A stretch of 64,000 nt of DNA from an uncultured Clostridia bacterium (GCA_934757865.1 CAKVLS010000001.1:4027-68026), one strand, 5' to 3'; counted from the stretch's first letter, positions 38,922 to 49,554 are shown. Made by a program: numbers and translations. Notes: generated by a model not told the origin, from the letters alone.

Positions 38922-41900
38922 ATGTTTGAATTAAACAATTTTGATTCAATGAAAATCGGTATAGCTTCACCAGAAAAGATTAGAGAGTGGAGTTATGGCG
39001 AAGTAACCAAACCTGAAACAATTAACTACCGTACACAAAAGCCAGAAAGAGATGGTCTATTCTGCGAAAGAATATTTGGACCTCGCAAAAACTGGGAGTG
39101 TCATTGCGGTAAGTACAAAAGAGTTCGTTATAAAGGTGTTGTCTGCGACAAGTGTGGCGTAGAAGTTACTCACTCAAAAGTTCGTAGAGAGAGAATGGGA
39201 CACATCGAACTTGCTACTCCTGTTTCACATATTTGGTTCTTTAGAGGAGTACCATCTAGAATAGGTTCTATTCTAGATATCACTCCTAAGGCTCTAGAGC
39301 AAGTATTATACTATGTTAACTACATTGTTCTAGACCCAAAAGATACTATATTCCAATACAAGCAAGTAATTACTGATAAAGAATATAGAGATGCTGTAGA
39401 AGAGTATGGCCCAGAAAAAGCCCCAAGAGTTGGTATGGGTGCTGAGGCTATCAAAGAGCTTCTAAAAGCTATTGACCTTAAAAAAGATGACGAAGAATTA
39501 AAAGAAATCGTTAAGACTTCTAAGGGTCAAAAGAGACTAAAAGCTATCAAGAGACTAGAGATTGTTGAAGCTTTCCTTAAGAGCGAAAACAAGCCTGAGT
39601 GGATGATTTTGGATGTTATTCCAGTACTTCCACCAGACCTAAGACCTATGGTACAACTTGATGGTGGTAGATTCGCAACTAGCGACCTAAACGATCTATA
39701 CAGAAGAGTTATCAACCGTAACAACCGTTTGAAAAAACTTGTTGAGCTTGGTGCTCCTGATGTAATCATTAGAAACGAGAAGAGAATGCTTCAAGAAGCA
39801 GTAGACGCCCTTATCGAAAACGGTAAGCGTGGTAAAGCTGTTCAAGGTCCAAAACAAAGAGACCTAAAGAGCTTGACTGCTATGCTTAGAGGTAAACAAG
39901 GTCGTTTCCGTCAAAACCTACTTGGTAAGCGTGTTGACTACTCTGGCCGTTCAGTTATCGTCGTAGGACCTGAACTTAAGATTTATCAATGCGGTGTTCC
40001 AAAGGAAATGGCACTAGAGCTATTCAAGCCTTTCATTATGAAAAAGCTTGTTGAGCAAAATCAAACTTACAATATCAAAACTGCTAAGAGAATAATCGAA
40101 AGAGAAAAACCAATTGTTTGGGATGTGCTTGATGAGGTTATCAAAGACCACCCAGTACTTCTAAACCGTGCGCCTACACTTCACAGACTAGGTGTACAAG
40201 CTTTCGAACCAGTTTTGGTTGAGGGTAGAGCTATCAAACTTCACCCACTAGTTTGCGTAGGATTCAACGCCGACTTCGATGGTGACCAAATGCCTATCCA
40301 CGTTCCTCTATCACTAGAGGCTAGAACAGAAGCTAGAATGATTATGCTATCATCTAACAACGTTCTAAAACCAGCTGATGGTAAGCCAGTTATGACACCA
40401 GCTCAAGATATTGTCCTTGGTTGTTATTACCTAACTATCGACAAACCAGGAGCTAAGAACGAAGGCTCTTGCTACATCGATGAAGAAGAAGCTTTGATGG
40501 CTTATCAAACTAAAAACCTTGAACTTCAATCTAAGATTTATGTTAGAAGAAGCGCAGAGTTTAATGGCAAAACAATTACTGGCAGAGTAAGTACTACTGT
40601 TGGTAGAATTCTATTTAACCGTTGTATCCCTCAAGATACAGGTATGGTTGATAGAACAAAAGAAGAAAATGTTCTAAAATACGAAGTAGATTACAAAGTA
40701 GGTAAAAAAGAACTTGGTAATATCGTTAGTGCAGTTTACGACAAGTTTGGTGCAACTCCAACAGTTGTAATGCTAGATAAGATTAAGGAACTTGGTTACA
40801 AGTATTCTACTATCGCTGCTATCACAATCAACGTCTTCGATATGAAAGAGCCACCAGAAAAAGCTCAAATCGTTGCTGAAGCTGATGCAAAAGTTTTGGA
40901 AAACGAAAAAGCATATAGACGTGGTATCATGTCACTAGACGAAAAAATTAACAAAAACGTAACTATCTGGAACGAAACAACTAACAAAGTTAAAGATGCC
41001 GTTCTAGCTAACCTAGGAGACCTAAACCCAATCAAGATGATGGCCGTATCAGGTGCCCGTGGTAACCCAGGACAGATCAACCAGCTATGTGGTATGCGTG
41101 GTGTTATGGCGAGTGCATCAGGTCAAAAGATTGATATTCCGGTTAAGTCATGCTTTAGATCAGGACTTACACCTCTAGACTACTTCCTATCATCTCGTGG
41201 TGGACGTAAAGGTCTTGCCGATACAGCTCTTAAGACAGCTGACTCTGGTTACCTAACTCGTAGACTTGTCGATGTAGCACAAGATGTTGTTATCAATGAA
41301 GAAGACTGCTTTGCTACACTTGGCGAAAAAGTAAGAGGTATGAAAGTAACAGACCTAGTTGAAGATGGAACTGTAATCGAAACTCTAGAAGATAGAATCT
41401 CTGGCCGTGTAGCCGTAGATAATATTTATAATCCAACTACAAAAGAACTTCTTGCAGCTGCTAATGAAATGATTACTCCAAAACAAGCAAAAGCAATCGT
41501 TAATGCAGGTATCAAAGAGGTAGAAATTAGAACAGCTCTTACATGTAAATCAAGACATGGCGTTTGTGCTAAGTGTTACGGCAGAAATATGGCTAATAAC
41601 AGTATGGTACAAATTGGTGAGGCTGTTGGTACAATCGCAGCTCAATCAATTGGTGAGCCAGGTACTCAGCTTACAATGAGAACCTTCCACACCGGTGGTG
41701 TTGCTACAGCTGCCGATATCACTAAGGGTCTTCCTCGTGTAGAAGAAATCTTTGAGGCAAGAAGACCAAAAGGTGAGGCTATCATCTCTGAAGTTGCTGG
41801 TAAAGTAAAAGTAGAGGAAGATGGCGAAATCTATAAGATTACTGTTGCTTCTAGCGATGGCGACATCGAGTACAAGACTCCACCTAAGAACAAGACCGTT

Positions 41901-42503
41901 CTTGCTGTTAAGACTGGAGACGTTGTAGAAGTTGGTCAATGCTTGACATCTGGTTCTATTTACCCTAACGATATCCTAAGAGTAAGAGGACTAAAAGGTG
42001 TTCAAGAATACCTTCTAAAAGAAGTTCTATCAGTATATAGGCTACAAGATGTTAGAATCAATGCTAAACACATTGAGATTATCATTAGACAAATGTTAAG
42101 AAATGTAAGGATTGAAGATCCAGGCGATACTGATCTATTGCCAGGCGACCTAGTAGACCTTGCAAGACTAGAAGAAGCTAACAATGAAGTATTAGCAAAG
42201 GGCGGAGTTCCAGCTGTTGCTAAGAGAATACTTCTTGGTATCACAAAAGCTTCACTTTCTGTTGAATCATTCTTGTCAGCAGCATCTTTCCAAGAGACTT
42301 CAAGTGTCCTAACAGAAGCTGCTATTAAGGGTAAAGTAGACCCACTTATCGGTCTAAAAGAAAATATCATTATCGGTAAGAGAATACCTGCTGGTACTGG
42401 TATGAAGTGCTACAAGAACATTTATCCAGAAGTTGTTAAACAAGACAATGTATACGAAAATGTTAACGAAGCATTAGAAAATATGAACCCAGAAGAAGTT
42501 TAA
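38922..42503 (+). CDS. rpoC: DNA-directed RNA polymerase subunit beta'
   Basis: RpoC hallmarks including the NADFDGD catalytic motif ([10 protein letters not shown]) and the N-terminal zinc-binding Cys cluster. AAGGAGAAAAG SD upstream; start lies 14 nt after the rpoB stop. Confidence 0.98.
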   Translation: MFELNNFDSMKIGIASPEKIREWSYGEVTKPETINYRTQKPERDGLFCERIFGPRKNWECHCGKYKRVRYKGVVCDKCGVEVTHSKVRRERMGHIELATPVSHIWFFRGVPSRIGSILDITPKALEQVLYYVNYIVLDPKDTIFQYKQVITDKEYRDAVEEYGPEKAPRVGMGAEAIKELLKAIDLKKDDEELKEIVKTSKGQKRLKAIKRLEIVEAFLKSENKPEWMILDVIPVLPPDLRPMVQLDGGRFATSDLNDLYRRVINRNNRLKKLVELGAPDVIIRNEKRMLQEAVDALIENGKRGKAVQGPKQRDLKSLTAMLRGKQGRFRQNLLGKRVDYSGRSVIVVGPELKIYQCGVPKEMALELFKPFIMKKLVEQNQTYNIKTAKRIIEREKPIVWDVLDEVIKDHPVLLNRAPTLHRLGVQAFEPVLVEGRAIKLHPLVCVGFNADFDGDQMPIHVPLSLEARTEARMIMLSSNNVLKPADGKPVMTPAQDIVLGCYYLTIDKPGAKNEGSCYIDEEEALMAYQTKNLELQSKIYVRRSAEFNGKTITGRVSTTVGRILFNRCIPQDTGMVDRTKEENVLKYEVDYKVGKKELGNIVSAVYDKFGATPTVVMLDKIKELGYKYSTIAAITINVFDMKEPPEKAQIVAEADAKVLENEKAYRRGIMSLDEKINKNVTIWNETTNKVKDAVLANLGDLNPIKMMAVSGARGNPGQINQLCGMRGVMASASGQKIDIPVKSCFRSGLTPLDYFLSSRGGRKGLADTALKTADSGYLTRRLVDVAQDVVINEEDCFATLGEKVRGMKVTDLVEDGTVIETLEDRISGRVAVDNIYNPTTKELLAAANEMITPKQAKAIVNAGIKEVEIRTALTCKSRHGVCAKCYGRNMANNSMVQIGEAVGTIAAQSIGEPGTQLTMRTFHTGGVATAADITKGLPRVEEIFEARRPKGEAIISEVAGKVKVEEDGEIYKITVASSDGDIEYKTPPKNKTVLAVKTGDVVEVGQCLTSGSIYPNDILRVRGLKGVQEYLLKEVLSVYRLQDVRINAKHIEIIIRQMLRNVRIEDPGDTDLLPGDLVDLARLEEANNEVLAKGGVPAVAKRILLGITKASLSVESFLSAASFQETSSVLTEAAIKGKVDPLIGLKENIIIGKRIPAGTGMKCYKNIYPEVVKQDNVYENVNEALENMNPEEV

Positions 42504-42510
42504 TAGTATA

Positions 42511-42543
42511 AAAAACAAGAGCTAAATAGCTCTTGTTTTTTTA
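42511..42543 (+). terminator. rho-independent terminator after rpoC
   Basis: 9-bp stem acaagagct (42515-42523) / agctcttgt (42528-42536), 4-nt loop, T-tract. Confidence 0.85.
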
Positions 42544-42724
42544 TTTCTTTTTATCATAAAAATATTAAAATTTTACTATTTACAAAGCCAAAAAACTATA
42601 GTACAATATATGCAGATAAGAGCATATATTGATATTTTAGTTTTTATCAAAAAGTGCCCTAAAATGCCAGAAAATACGGCGTTTTTTAGCAAAAAAATAA
42701 TAAAAAATATTTTCAAAAAAGGTA

Positions 42725-42753
42725 TTTACAAATGCTAAAAAATATGTTATTAT
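42725..42753 (+). promoter_or_regulatory. candidate promoter of the 46-aa ORF
   Basis: TTTACA (42725-42730), 17 nt, TGtTATTAT (hexamer 42748-42753). Confidence 0.4.
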
Positions 42754-42823
42754 TAGGCATACAAATAAATAATACTGAATTATAAATTGTATAGTTCGTG
42801 ACCTTAAAAAAGGAGAATATTTT

Positions 42824-42964
42824 ATGATAGTATTAACTGATGGAAACAATGTAAAAGATTATGTTAGCAGAATAGAAGAGCTAGGCGGAGTAGTTACTCC
42901 AGAAGTAAAAGAGGCTGTTAATATCAAACTTAACCAAGAGAGCGAAGAAGTTCAATCTATGTAG
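42824..42964 (+). CDS. hypothetical acidic 46-aa protein (below ORF-track cutoff)
   Basis: AAAGGAGAA SD 6 nt before ATG 42824. Translation is MIVLTDGNNVKDYVSRIEELGGVVTPEVKEAVNIKLNQESEEVQSM, ending at TAG 42962-42964. It has its own promoter-like motif and a downstream terminator. No family recognised. Confidence 0.5.
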   Translation: MIVLTDGNNVKDYVSRIEELGGVVTPEVKEAVNIKLNQESEEVQSM

Positions 42965-42984
42965 TTTTTGACTATTAGTTATTA

Positions 42985-43016
42985 AAAAGGCAATGGGGTA
43001 TTGTTGCCTTTTTTTA
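42985..43016 (+). terminator. rho-independent terminator after the 46-aa ORF
   Basis: aaggcaa (42987-42993) / ttgcctt (43004-43010) stem followed by a T-run. Confidence 0.6.
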
Positions 43017-43261
43017 TTTTTTTGAGTTTGTTTAGTCTTAAGTTTAAGTGAAGATTTCTGCTATTTGCTCAGAGCATACTTTCTTTGTAACACTTACAAA
43101 AATAGATATAAACAAAAATAAGTAAAAGTAATTAAAATCTATATAATTAAAATTATATACAATTAATAATACAAATTAACAAAAATATGGATTGATATAA
43201 AACTCAAAAAAATATCAAATAAAAATAAATCAAATTAAAATTAAATATAACTATAAATAAA

Positions 43262-43292
43262 AAAAGAGTAGGCATATTTGCCTACCTTTTTT
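43262..43292 (-). terminator. bidirectional hairpin, terminator of the HicB-like gene
   Basis: gtaggca (43268-43274) / tgcctac (43279-43285) stem with a 4-nt loop. It is flanked by an A-run on one side and a T-run on the other, and lies 25 nt beyond the minus-strand stop. Confidence 0.7.
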
Positions 43293-43316
43293 TGTTTAAT
43301 TAAGTTTGTGTTTTTA

Positions 43317-43598
43317 TTATTTGTTTTCGGTAACTTTTAGCTCTACATCTACAAGTAGTACGAAGCCTTTACCTTTTTTGTGAAATTCTACTGATTGTTC
43401 GTAAGTTCTTGGTTTTTCCAAAACTTCGCCATATTCTTCAAAAGAAAGTTTAACATAATCTTTTAGCAATTTCTTTGCAGCCAAAAATGCACCTTCGACT
43501 GTGCTATCTGAACAAAAAACAGCAATATCATCAAAGGCTACAATATATGTATTTTCTTCTGGGTCTTTTATAAATAATGCAGGGTAAATAAAGTTCAT
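43317..43598 (-). CDS. HicB-like antitoxin-fold (UPF0150-type) protein, no DNA-binding extension
   Basis: Translation MNFIYPALFIKDPEENTYIVAFDDIAVFCSDSTVEGAFLAAKKLLKDYV... fits the YPA.F...y.v.F.D....G.t.EeA...A...L pattern of HicB N-domains. GGAG SD precedes ATG 43598; the tracked start 43610 is a GTG inside that SD region. Confidence 0.6.
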   Translation of the reverse strand: MNFIYPALFIKDPEENTYIVAFDDIAVFCSDSTVEGAFLAAKKLLKDYVKLSFEEYGEVLEKPRTYEQSVEFHKKGKGFVLLVDVELKVTENK

Positions 43599-43727
43599 GA
43601 TTATCTCCACAAATAATTTTACATTATAACTATATCACAAAAAAATCTATTTTGTAAAATAAATTAAGCGGTTTTTTATTTTGATGACACAAAAACTATT
43701 CATTTGGGCTAAATTTAGTATAAATAT

Positions 43728-43756
43728 TTGCAAAAAATGTAGAATTTGGGTATAAT
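43728..43756 (+). promoter_or_regulatory. candidate promoter of the 185-aa ORF
   Basis: TTGCAA (43728-43733), 17 nt, TATAAT (43751-43756). AGGAGAA SD precedes ATG 43776. Confidence 0.55.
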
Positions 43757-43775
43757 ACACATATAGGAGAAAAGT

Positions 43776-44333
43776 ATGGGACTTTTTAGCAAACCAAAAG
43801 AAGAGCAAATAGTTGATATTTTTAATGGCAAAGCATTTGACGGATACAAAAGACTTTTGCATGTATATGTTATCAACAACGAACAATGTTTCATTAGACT
43901 TAACAGCTTTGACGCACTAGAAAATAGAAGCTTATTTGACGCCCCAATTATTAAAGAGATACCAAATGGCGAGAGCTATTTTGAGACTTTTTTGAGAGCT
44001 TACAAAGAATACACTGGCTTTTCTTATAAACAAGTCCAAAATGACAAAAATGAAGTCGCTCAGCCTAGAGTTTTTGTTGATACTCTAAAAAAGACTTTGA
44101 TATATATCCTAGTTATCAAAGATACTGAGACTATCGACACCGCTCGTTTAACTCAGGTAAAATTTGTTTATGACTGGCTTTCAATATCTGACTTTGTTAA
44201 GACAATTTCTTCTGACAAATTTGTAAATTATGGCAAAGAGTACAATGACTTTGTGGTGCTTTCTATGTGTGAACTTTTCAATATGGAAGACTGCATTAAG
44301 AGCCTAAAATACACCTCTAAACAAGATATTTAA
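43776..44333 (+). CDS. hypothetical protein (185 aa), no family recognised
   Basis: ORF with good SD, promoter and terminator, and non-repetitive globular-looking composition. Confidence 0.7.
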   Translation: MGLFSKPKEEQIVDIFNGKAFDGYKRLLHVYVINNEQCFIRLNSFDALENRSLFDAPIIKEIPNGESYFETFLRAYKEYTGFSYKQVQNDKNEVAQPRVFVDTLKKTLIYILVIKDTETIDTARLTQVKFVYDWLSISDFVKTISSDKFVNYGKEYNDFVVLSMCELFNMEDCIKSLKYTSKQDI

Positions 44334-44412
44334 TTTGTGACATTTTAGGGGCTTTGTGGGTTGATGCTAAATTTTGAAAAGTCGTTAAAAACCTAATAAA
44401 TCATACCAAAAA

Positions 44413-44445
44413 CTGTGATTTTTTGTGCAAAATCGCAGTTTTTTA
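44413..44445 (+). terminator. rho-independent terminator of the 185-aa ORF
   Basis: 10-bp stem ctgtgatttt / aaaatcgcag (one G-U), 6-nt loop, T6 tract. Confidence 0.75.
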
Positions 44446-44482
44446 TTTTCAAAAAAATACTAGAAAAATTTTGTATAAAGCA

Positions 44483-44511
44483 TTGACAACTAGGGCACAT
44501 TTTGGTAAAAT
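44483..44511 (+). promoter_or_regulatory. promoter of the L7Ae-rpsL-rpsG-fusA(-tuf) operon
   Basis: TTGACA (44483-44488), 17 nt, TGgTAAAAT (hexamer 44506-44511): consensus -35 plus extended -10. Confidence 0.7.
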
Positions 44512-44532
44512 ATGTTCGTTATACAACTGGTG

Positions 44533-44568
44533 TTATGCCTTGACTTGTCATAGGCATAATTATTTTGT
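44533..44568 (+). promoter_or_regulatory. terminator-like hairpin in the 5' leader of the ribosomal-protein operon (candidate attenuator or protein-binding site)
   Basis: 8-bp stem ttatgcct (44533-44540) / aggcataa (44552-44559), 11-nt loop, then ttattttgtg. It lies between the predicted TSS (~44518) and SD AAGGAA (44575-44580). Confidence 0.45.
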
Positions 44569-44586
44569 GTAAAAAAGGAAAATCTT

Positions 44587-44853
44587 ATGTCAAACAACAT
44601 TGAAGAAGATTTGTCTAAGCTACTAGCAAGAAGCTCTAAGACCTTAGGGTATAGAGAGACTTCCAAGGCTATTAGCAAGGGTACTATAAATTTGGTTATA
44701 GTATCGACAAATATTGATGCTGCACTCGAGAAGGTGATACTAACAGAATGCTCTAATAACAACATTTCTGTTAAGAGAGCATTTACCAAACAAGAACTCG
44801 GCAAATTGGTCGGTCTTGAGGTATCTTGTGCGTGCGTTGGTATTTTGAGATAG
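44587..44853 (+). CDS. ribosomal protein L7Ae/L30e family protein (YbxF-like)
   Basis: 88-aa translation with the L7Ae-family pattern (...G..ET.KAI..G...LV..S.N.d....). It occupies the rpoC-rpsL position typical of Bacillus-type str operons. Confidence 0.85.
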   Translation: MSNNIEEDLSKLLARSSKTLGYRETSKAISKGTINLVIVSTNIDAALEKVILTECSNNNISVKRAFTKQELGKLVGLEVSCACVGILR

Positions 44854-44921
44854 TTTATCTCGCTCCGTGATTTCCCCTAATAAGGAAGTTCACACCAAAA
44901 ATCTATGAAGGAGGAAACAGT

Positions 44922-45293
44922 ATGCCTACAATTAACCAATTAGTTAGACACGGTAGAAAACAAGTAGAGAAAAAATCACAAGCTCCTATTTTGAACGAAT
45001 GTCCTCAAAAGAGAGGAGTTTGCCTTTCTGTTACTACTACATCACCTAAAAAGCCAAACTCAGCTTTAAGAAAAATCGCAAGAGTTCGTCTCTCTTCTGG
45101 TGCAGAAGGTACAACTTATATCCCTGGCGAAGGTCACAACCTTCAAGAGCACAGTGTTGTACTTATCCGTGGTGGTAAGGTTAAAGACTTGCCAGGTGTA
45201 AGATACCATATAGTTCGTGGTACACTAGACACCGCAGCAGTTGCTAAGAGAAAGCAAGCCCGTTCTAAGTACGGTGCTAAAAAACCTAAGTAA
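44922..45293 (+). CDS. rpsL: 30S ribosomal protein S12
   Basis: [13 protein letters not shown]...[10 protein letters not shown]...; GGAGG SD. Confidence 0.98.
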   Translation: MPTINQLVRHGRKQVEKKSQAPILNECPQKRGVCLSVTTTSPKKPNSALRKIARVRLSSGAEGTTYIPGEGHNLQEHSVVLIRGGKVKDLPGVRYHIVRGTLDTAAVAKRKQARSKYGAKKPK

Positions 45294-45346
45294 TCATCCT
45301 TCCAAGATTTTTGGATGAGCTTTATATATTTTAAGAGGAGGAAATT

Positions 45347-45820
45347 ATGCCTAGAAGAAAATGCTCTGCAAAGAGAGAAGTTTTGCCAGATCCAATTTAT
45401 AACTCAACAGTTGTAACAAAACTTATCAATCAAGTAATGGTTGACGGCAAAAGAGGAATTGCACAAAACATCGTTTATGATGCTTTTGATATATTAAAAG
45501 AAAAAACTGGCGAAGATGCTATGACAGTATTTACTCAAGCAGTAGAAAATGTTAAGCCTATGCTAGAGACAAAAGCTCGTAGGGTTGGTGGTGCTACATA
45601 CCAAGTTCCTATGGAAATCAGACCTGACAGAAGACAAACACTAGCTATTAGATGGATTGTTATGTTTGCTCGTAAGAGAGGCGGCGAAAAGGATATGAAC
45701 AAAAAACTTGCTGCTGAACTTCTTGATGCTTACAACAATGCTGGTGGCGCTGTTAAGAGAAAAGACGAAATGCACAGAATGGCAGAGGCTAACAAAGCTT
45801 TCGCACACTATAAATGGTAA
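45347..45820 (+). CDS. rpsG: 30S ribosomal protein S7
   Basis: MPRR...[23 protein letters not shown]... ending ...AFAHYKW; GAGGAGG SD. Confidence 0.98.
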   Translation: MPRRKCSAKREVLPDPIYNSTVVTKLINQVMVDGKRGIAQNIVYDAFDILKEKTGEDAMTVFTQAVENVKPMLETKARRVGGATYQVPMEIRPDRRQTLAIRWIVMFARKRGGEKDMNKKLAAELLDAYNNAGGAVKRKDEMHRMAEANKAFAHYKW

Positions 45821-45856
45821 TATTATTACTAAACCAAATATTATAAGGAGAAAATT

Positions 45857-47938
45857 ATGCCAAGATTATACCCAATCGAAAAATACAGAAACATTGGTAT
45901 TATGGCACACATCGATGCTGGTAAAACTACAACAACCGAAAGAATTTTGTACTATACTGGCCGTGTTCATAAGATTGGTGAAGTTCACGATGGCGCTGCT
46001 ACTATGGACTGGATGGTTCAAGAGCAAGAAAGAGGTATCACTATAACTAGTGCCTGCACCACTGCTAAGTGGAAAGGTCACTGTATCAACATTATCGATA
46101 CCCCAGGACACGTTGACTTTACAGTTGAGGTAGAAAGAAGCTTGAAAGTTCTTGACGGTGCAGTTACTGTACTTTGCGCAAGAGGCGGTGTTCAACCACA
46201 AACTGAAACAGTTTGGAAACAAGCTAATAAATACCATGTTCCAAGAATGGCTTATGTTAACAAGATGGACATCAACGATGCTAACTTCTATAGAGTAGTT
46301 AAGATGATGAAAGAAAGACTTAAGACTAATGCCGTTCCTATCCAACTACCTATTGGCGAATCTAGCACTTTCAAAGGTATCATCGACCTAGTAGAAATGA
46401 ACGCTACTATATATAAAGATGACCTAGGAAAAGACTTTGAGGTTATAGACATCCCAGAGGATATGAAAGAGCTTGCTAATAAGTATCATGAAGAGCTAAT
46501 TGAGCATGTTGCAGAAACTGATGATGCTTTACTTGAAAAATTCTTCAATGGTGAACAACTTACTATTGATGAGATCAAAAAAGGTATCCGTACTGCTACA
46601 TTAAATCTAAAGATGACTCCAGTAGTTTGCGGTACATCTTTCAAAAACAAAGGTGTTCAAAAACTTCTTGACGCTATCGTAGATTACATGCCATCTCCAG
46701 TAGATGTTCCTCATATCAAAGGAACTATCCCTGGTACAGACAAAGAGGAAGAGAGAGAGTCAAGTGATACAGCTCCATTTGCTGGTCTTGCATTCAAAGT
46801 TGCAACTGACCCATATGTTGGTAAAATCACATTCTTCCGTGTATACAGCGGCGTACTAAAAACTGGTACTTATGTATACAACTCAACAAAAGATGAAAAA
46901 GAAAGAATTGGTCGTCTTCTTAAGATGCACGCAAACAACAGAGAAGATGTAGATGAGCTATATGCTGGTGATATCGCAGCTATCGTTGGTCTAAAAGACA
47001 CAACTACTGGTGATACACTATGCGCAGAAAACGCTCCAATCCTTCTTGAGAGTATGGAATTCCCAGAGCCAGTTATCAAAGTTGCTATCGAACCTACTTC
47101 AAAGGCTAGCCAAGAGAAGATGGTTAACGCACTTATCAAACTTGCTGAAGAGGACCCAACTTTCAAAACATACACAGACCAAGAAACTGGTCAAACTATC
47201 ATCGCTGGTATGGGTGAGCTTCACCTAGACATTATCGTTGATAGACTTAGAAGAGAGTTCAAGGTAGAGGCCAATGTTGGTGCTCCACAAGTAAGTTACA
47301 GAGAGACTATCCGTAAAACTGTTGAGGCTGAAGGTAAGTTTATCCGTCAATCTGGTGGTAAAGGTCAATATGGTCACTGCTGGATTAAGATGGAACCACT
47401 TCCAGCTGGTTCAGGATATCAATTTGAGGATAAGACTGTTGGTGGTTGTATCCCTAAAGAATATATCCAACCTATTAACAATGGTATCCAAGAAGCTAAA
47501 CAAAATGGTGTTGTAGCTGGATACGAAACTGTTGACTTCAAGGTAACTGTTTTTGATGGTTCTTACCACGATGTCGACTCTTCAGAAATGGCCTTCAAGA
47601 TTGCCGGTTCTATGGCATTCAAAGAAGCTGCTAAGAAAGCAGACCCAGTACTTATGGAGCCTATCATGAAAGTTCAAGTAGAGCTTCCAGACGAGTACCT
47701 AGGCAATGTTATGGGAAACCTAACAAGCCGTAGAGGTATGCTACAAGGAACAGAGGCAGAGCATGGTAGCACTATCATCAATGCAGAAGTTCCACTTTCA
47801 GAAATGTTTGGTTATGCAACTGACCTAAGATCTGCTACTCAAGGTAGAGGTATCTTCAATATGGAGTTCTCTCACTACGCAGAAGTTCCTAAGTTTGTTG
47901 CTGATAAGATCATCGGCGAAAGAACTAAAAAAGCATAA
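45857..47938 (+). CDS. fusA: elongation factor G
   Basis: [34 protein letters not shown] and full-length EF-G similarity; AAGGAG SD. Confidence 0.98.
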   Translation: MPRLYPIEKYRNIGIMAHIDAGKTTTTERILYYTGRVHKIGEVHDGAATMDWMVQEQERGITITSACTTAKWKGHCINIIDTPGHVDFTVEVERSLKVLDGAVTVLCARGGVQPQTETVWKQANKYHVPRMAYVNKMDINDANFYRVVKMMKERLKTNAVPIQLPIGESSTFKGIIDLVEMNATIYKDDLGKDFEVIDIPEDMKELANKYHEELIEHVAETDDALLEKFFNGEQLTIDEIKKGIRTATLNLKMTPVVCGTSFKNKGVQKLLDAIVDYMPSPVDVPHIKGTIPGTDKEEERESSDTAPFAGLAFKVATDPYVGKITFFRVYSGVLKTGTYVYNSTKDEKERIGRLLKMHANNREDVDELYAGDIAAIVGLKDTTTGDTLCAENAPILLESMEFPEPVIKVAIEPTSKASQEKMVNALIKLAEEDPTFKTYTDQETGQTIIAGMGELHLDIIVDRLRREFKVEANVGAPQVSYRETIRKTVEAEGKFIRQSGGKGQYGHCWIKMEPLPAGSGYQFEDKTVGGCIPKEYIQPINNGIQEAKQNGVVAGYETVDFKVTVFDGSYHDVDSSEMAFKIAGSMAFKEAAKKADPVLMEPIMKVQVELPDEYLGNVMGNLTSRRGMLQGTEAEHGSTIINAEVPLSEMFGYATDLRSATQGRGIFNMEFSHYAEVPKFVADKIIGERTKKA

Positions 47939-47968
47939 AATGTAGATTTTTTACAAAAATTATAAAAA

Positions 47969-48029
47969 TGCTTTGCAAACTTTAATTTATTTGGTATAAT
48001 GCTTATGTTTAATTAAAGTTTGCAGAGCA
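47969..48029 (+). promoter_or_regulatory. 19-bp inverted repeat enclosing an internal tuf promoter
   Basis: Arms 47969-47987 and 48011-48029 are complementary (one T/G position). Inside are TTGCAA (47973-47978), 16 nt, TGgTATAAT (hexamer 47995-48000). Confidence 0.6.
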
Positions 48030-48078
48030 AATAATAAAAAAACTAAATCAATTATATATTTTTAGGAGGATTTTAATT

Positions 48079-49281
48079 ATGGCAAAAGCTAAATTTGATA
48101 GAAGCAAGCCACACATTAACATTGGTACAATCGGACACGTTGACCATGGTAAGACAACTTTAACTGCCGCTATTACTATGTGGGCAGCTGCAAAAGGTTT
48201 TGCAGAAAAAATGAGATACGAAGATATCGATAAGGCTCCAGAAGAGAGAGCAAGAGGTATCACAATCAACACAGCTCACGTTGAGTATCAAACTGAGAAA
48301 AGACACTATGCACACGTAGACTGCCCAGGACACGCAGACTATGTTAAAAACATGATTACTGGTGCTGCACAAATGGACGGTGCTATCCTAGTAGTTGCTG
48401 CTACTGATGGTGTTATGCCTCAAACAAGAGAGCACATTCTTCTTGCTCGTCAAGTAGGTGTTCCTTACATCGTAGTATTTATGAACAAAGTAGACCAAGT
48501 AGACGATCCTGAGCTACTTGACCTAGTAGAGATGGAAATCAGAGAAATCCTTAACGAGTATGGATTCCCTGGTGACACAACTCCTATTATCAAAGGTTCA
48601 GCTCTAAAAGCTCTTGAAGCTGCTCAAGCTGGTCGTGTTGATGATCCTGCATGCAAATGCATCGAAGAGCTTATGAACGCTGTTGATACATGGATTCCAG
48701 AGCCAAAGAGAGCTACTGATCAACCATTCTTGATGCCTATCGAAGACGTATTCACAATCACTGGTCGTGGTACTGTTGCTACTGGTAGAGTAGAGAGAGG
48801 TGTTGTAAAAGTTGGTGACGTTGTTGATATCGTAGGTATGGGTTCTAACAAGAACACTACAATCACAGGCGTTGAAATGTTTAGAAAACTTCTTGACCAA
48901 GCTCAAGCTGGTGATAACATCGGTGTTCTACTTCGTGGTATCCAAAGAAACGAAGTTGAGCGTGGACAAGTTCTTGCTAAACCAGGTTCAATCAAACCTC
49001 ACACAAAATTCACAGCAGAAGTTTACGTTCTAAAGAAAGAAGAGGGTGGCCGTCATACTCCATTCTTCAATGGTTACAGACCACAATTCTACTTCAGAAC
49101 AACTGACGTTACTGGTTCAATCGAGCTTCCAAAGGGCGTTGAGATGGTAATGCCTGGTGATAACATCACTATGACTATCGACCTAATCACTCCAATCGCT
49201 ATTGAGCAAGGTCTTCGTTTCGCTATCCGTGAAGGTGGCAGAACTGTTGGTTCAGGCGTTGTTTCTGCAATCATCGAATAA
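48079..49281 (+). CDS. tuf: elongation factor Tu
   Basis: [33 protein letters not shown]...; AGGAGG SD. Confidence 0.99.
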   Translation: MAKAKFDRSKPHINIGTIGHVDHGKTTLTAAITMWAAAKGFAEKMRYEDIDKAPEERARGITINTAHVEYQTEKRHYAHVDCPGHADYVKNMITGAAQMDGAILVVAATDGVMPQTREHILLARQVGVPYIVVFMNKVDQVDDPELLDLVEMEIREILNEYGFPGDTTPIIKGSALKALEAAQAGRVDDPACKCIEELMNAVDTWIPEPKRATDQPFLMPIEDVFTITGRGTVATGRVERGVVKVGDVVDIVGMGSNKNTTITGVEMFRKLLDQAQAGDNIGVLLRGIQRNEVERGQVLAKPGSIKPHTKFTAEVYVLKKEEGGRHTPFFNGYRPQFYFRTTDVTGSIELPKGVEMVMPGDNITMTIDLITPIAIEQGLRFAIREGGRTVGSGVVSAIIE

Positions 49282-49291
49282 TTTTGATTAC

Positions 49292-49323
49292 AAAAAACTC
49301 ACACATTTGTGTGAGTTTTTTTA
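49292..49323 (+). terminator. rho-independent terminator after tuf
   Basis: actcacac (49297-49304) / gtgtgagt (49309-49316) stem, attt loop, T-run. Confidence 0.85.
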
Positions 49324-49382
49324 TTTTTTACATATCCATAATAATTTGCTATTATTTGCAAAATTTTTTATTAAAAAATAAT

Positions 49383-49410
49383 AAGACATTTTTTATCTTT
49401 ATGCTATAAT
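49383..49410 (+). promoter_or_regulatory. candidate promoter of the AI-2E transporter gene
   Basis: AAGACA, 16 nt, TGcTATAAT (hexamer 49405-49410). A 14-bp perfect palindrome cttttggccaaaag (49440-49453) lies in the predicted leader. Confidence 0.4.
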
Positions 49411-49554
49411 GAAATTGTAAATTAGTTATAAGAACTTATCTTTTGGCCAAAAGTTTAACTAAATGCATATAATCTTTTATGCAAAATGTAACTTTTGACA
49501 ATAATATAAGGTCTTATAATGTGTATTAGATTATTAGTTGATAAGGAAAAAGTT

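Noticed and set aside
42637-42849. 70-aa minus-strand ORF in the rpoC-downstream spacer, and the 79-aa minus-strand ORF 43647-43886.
   Set aside because: Both have no SD and an implausible Phe/Ile/Tyr-rich sequence. They overlap the promoter and start regions of better-supported plus-strand genes (the 46-aa ORF and the 185-aa ORF).
43100-43260. A-rich low-complexity spacer with a 9-2-9 AT-only palindrome (43140-43159), as a possible origin or ncRNA.
   Set aside because: It has no DnaA-box-like motifs and no promoter/terminator pair defining an RNA. AT-only palindromes are expected by chance in such sequence.
45708-46345. ORFs 45708-46046(+) and 45866-46345(-) overlapping rpsG/fusA. Similar shadow ORFs occur in rpoB, rpoC, tuf, the GT4 gene, uvrC, murB and whiA.
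   Set aside because: They are out of frame or antisense to unmistakable conserved genes and carry no translation signals.
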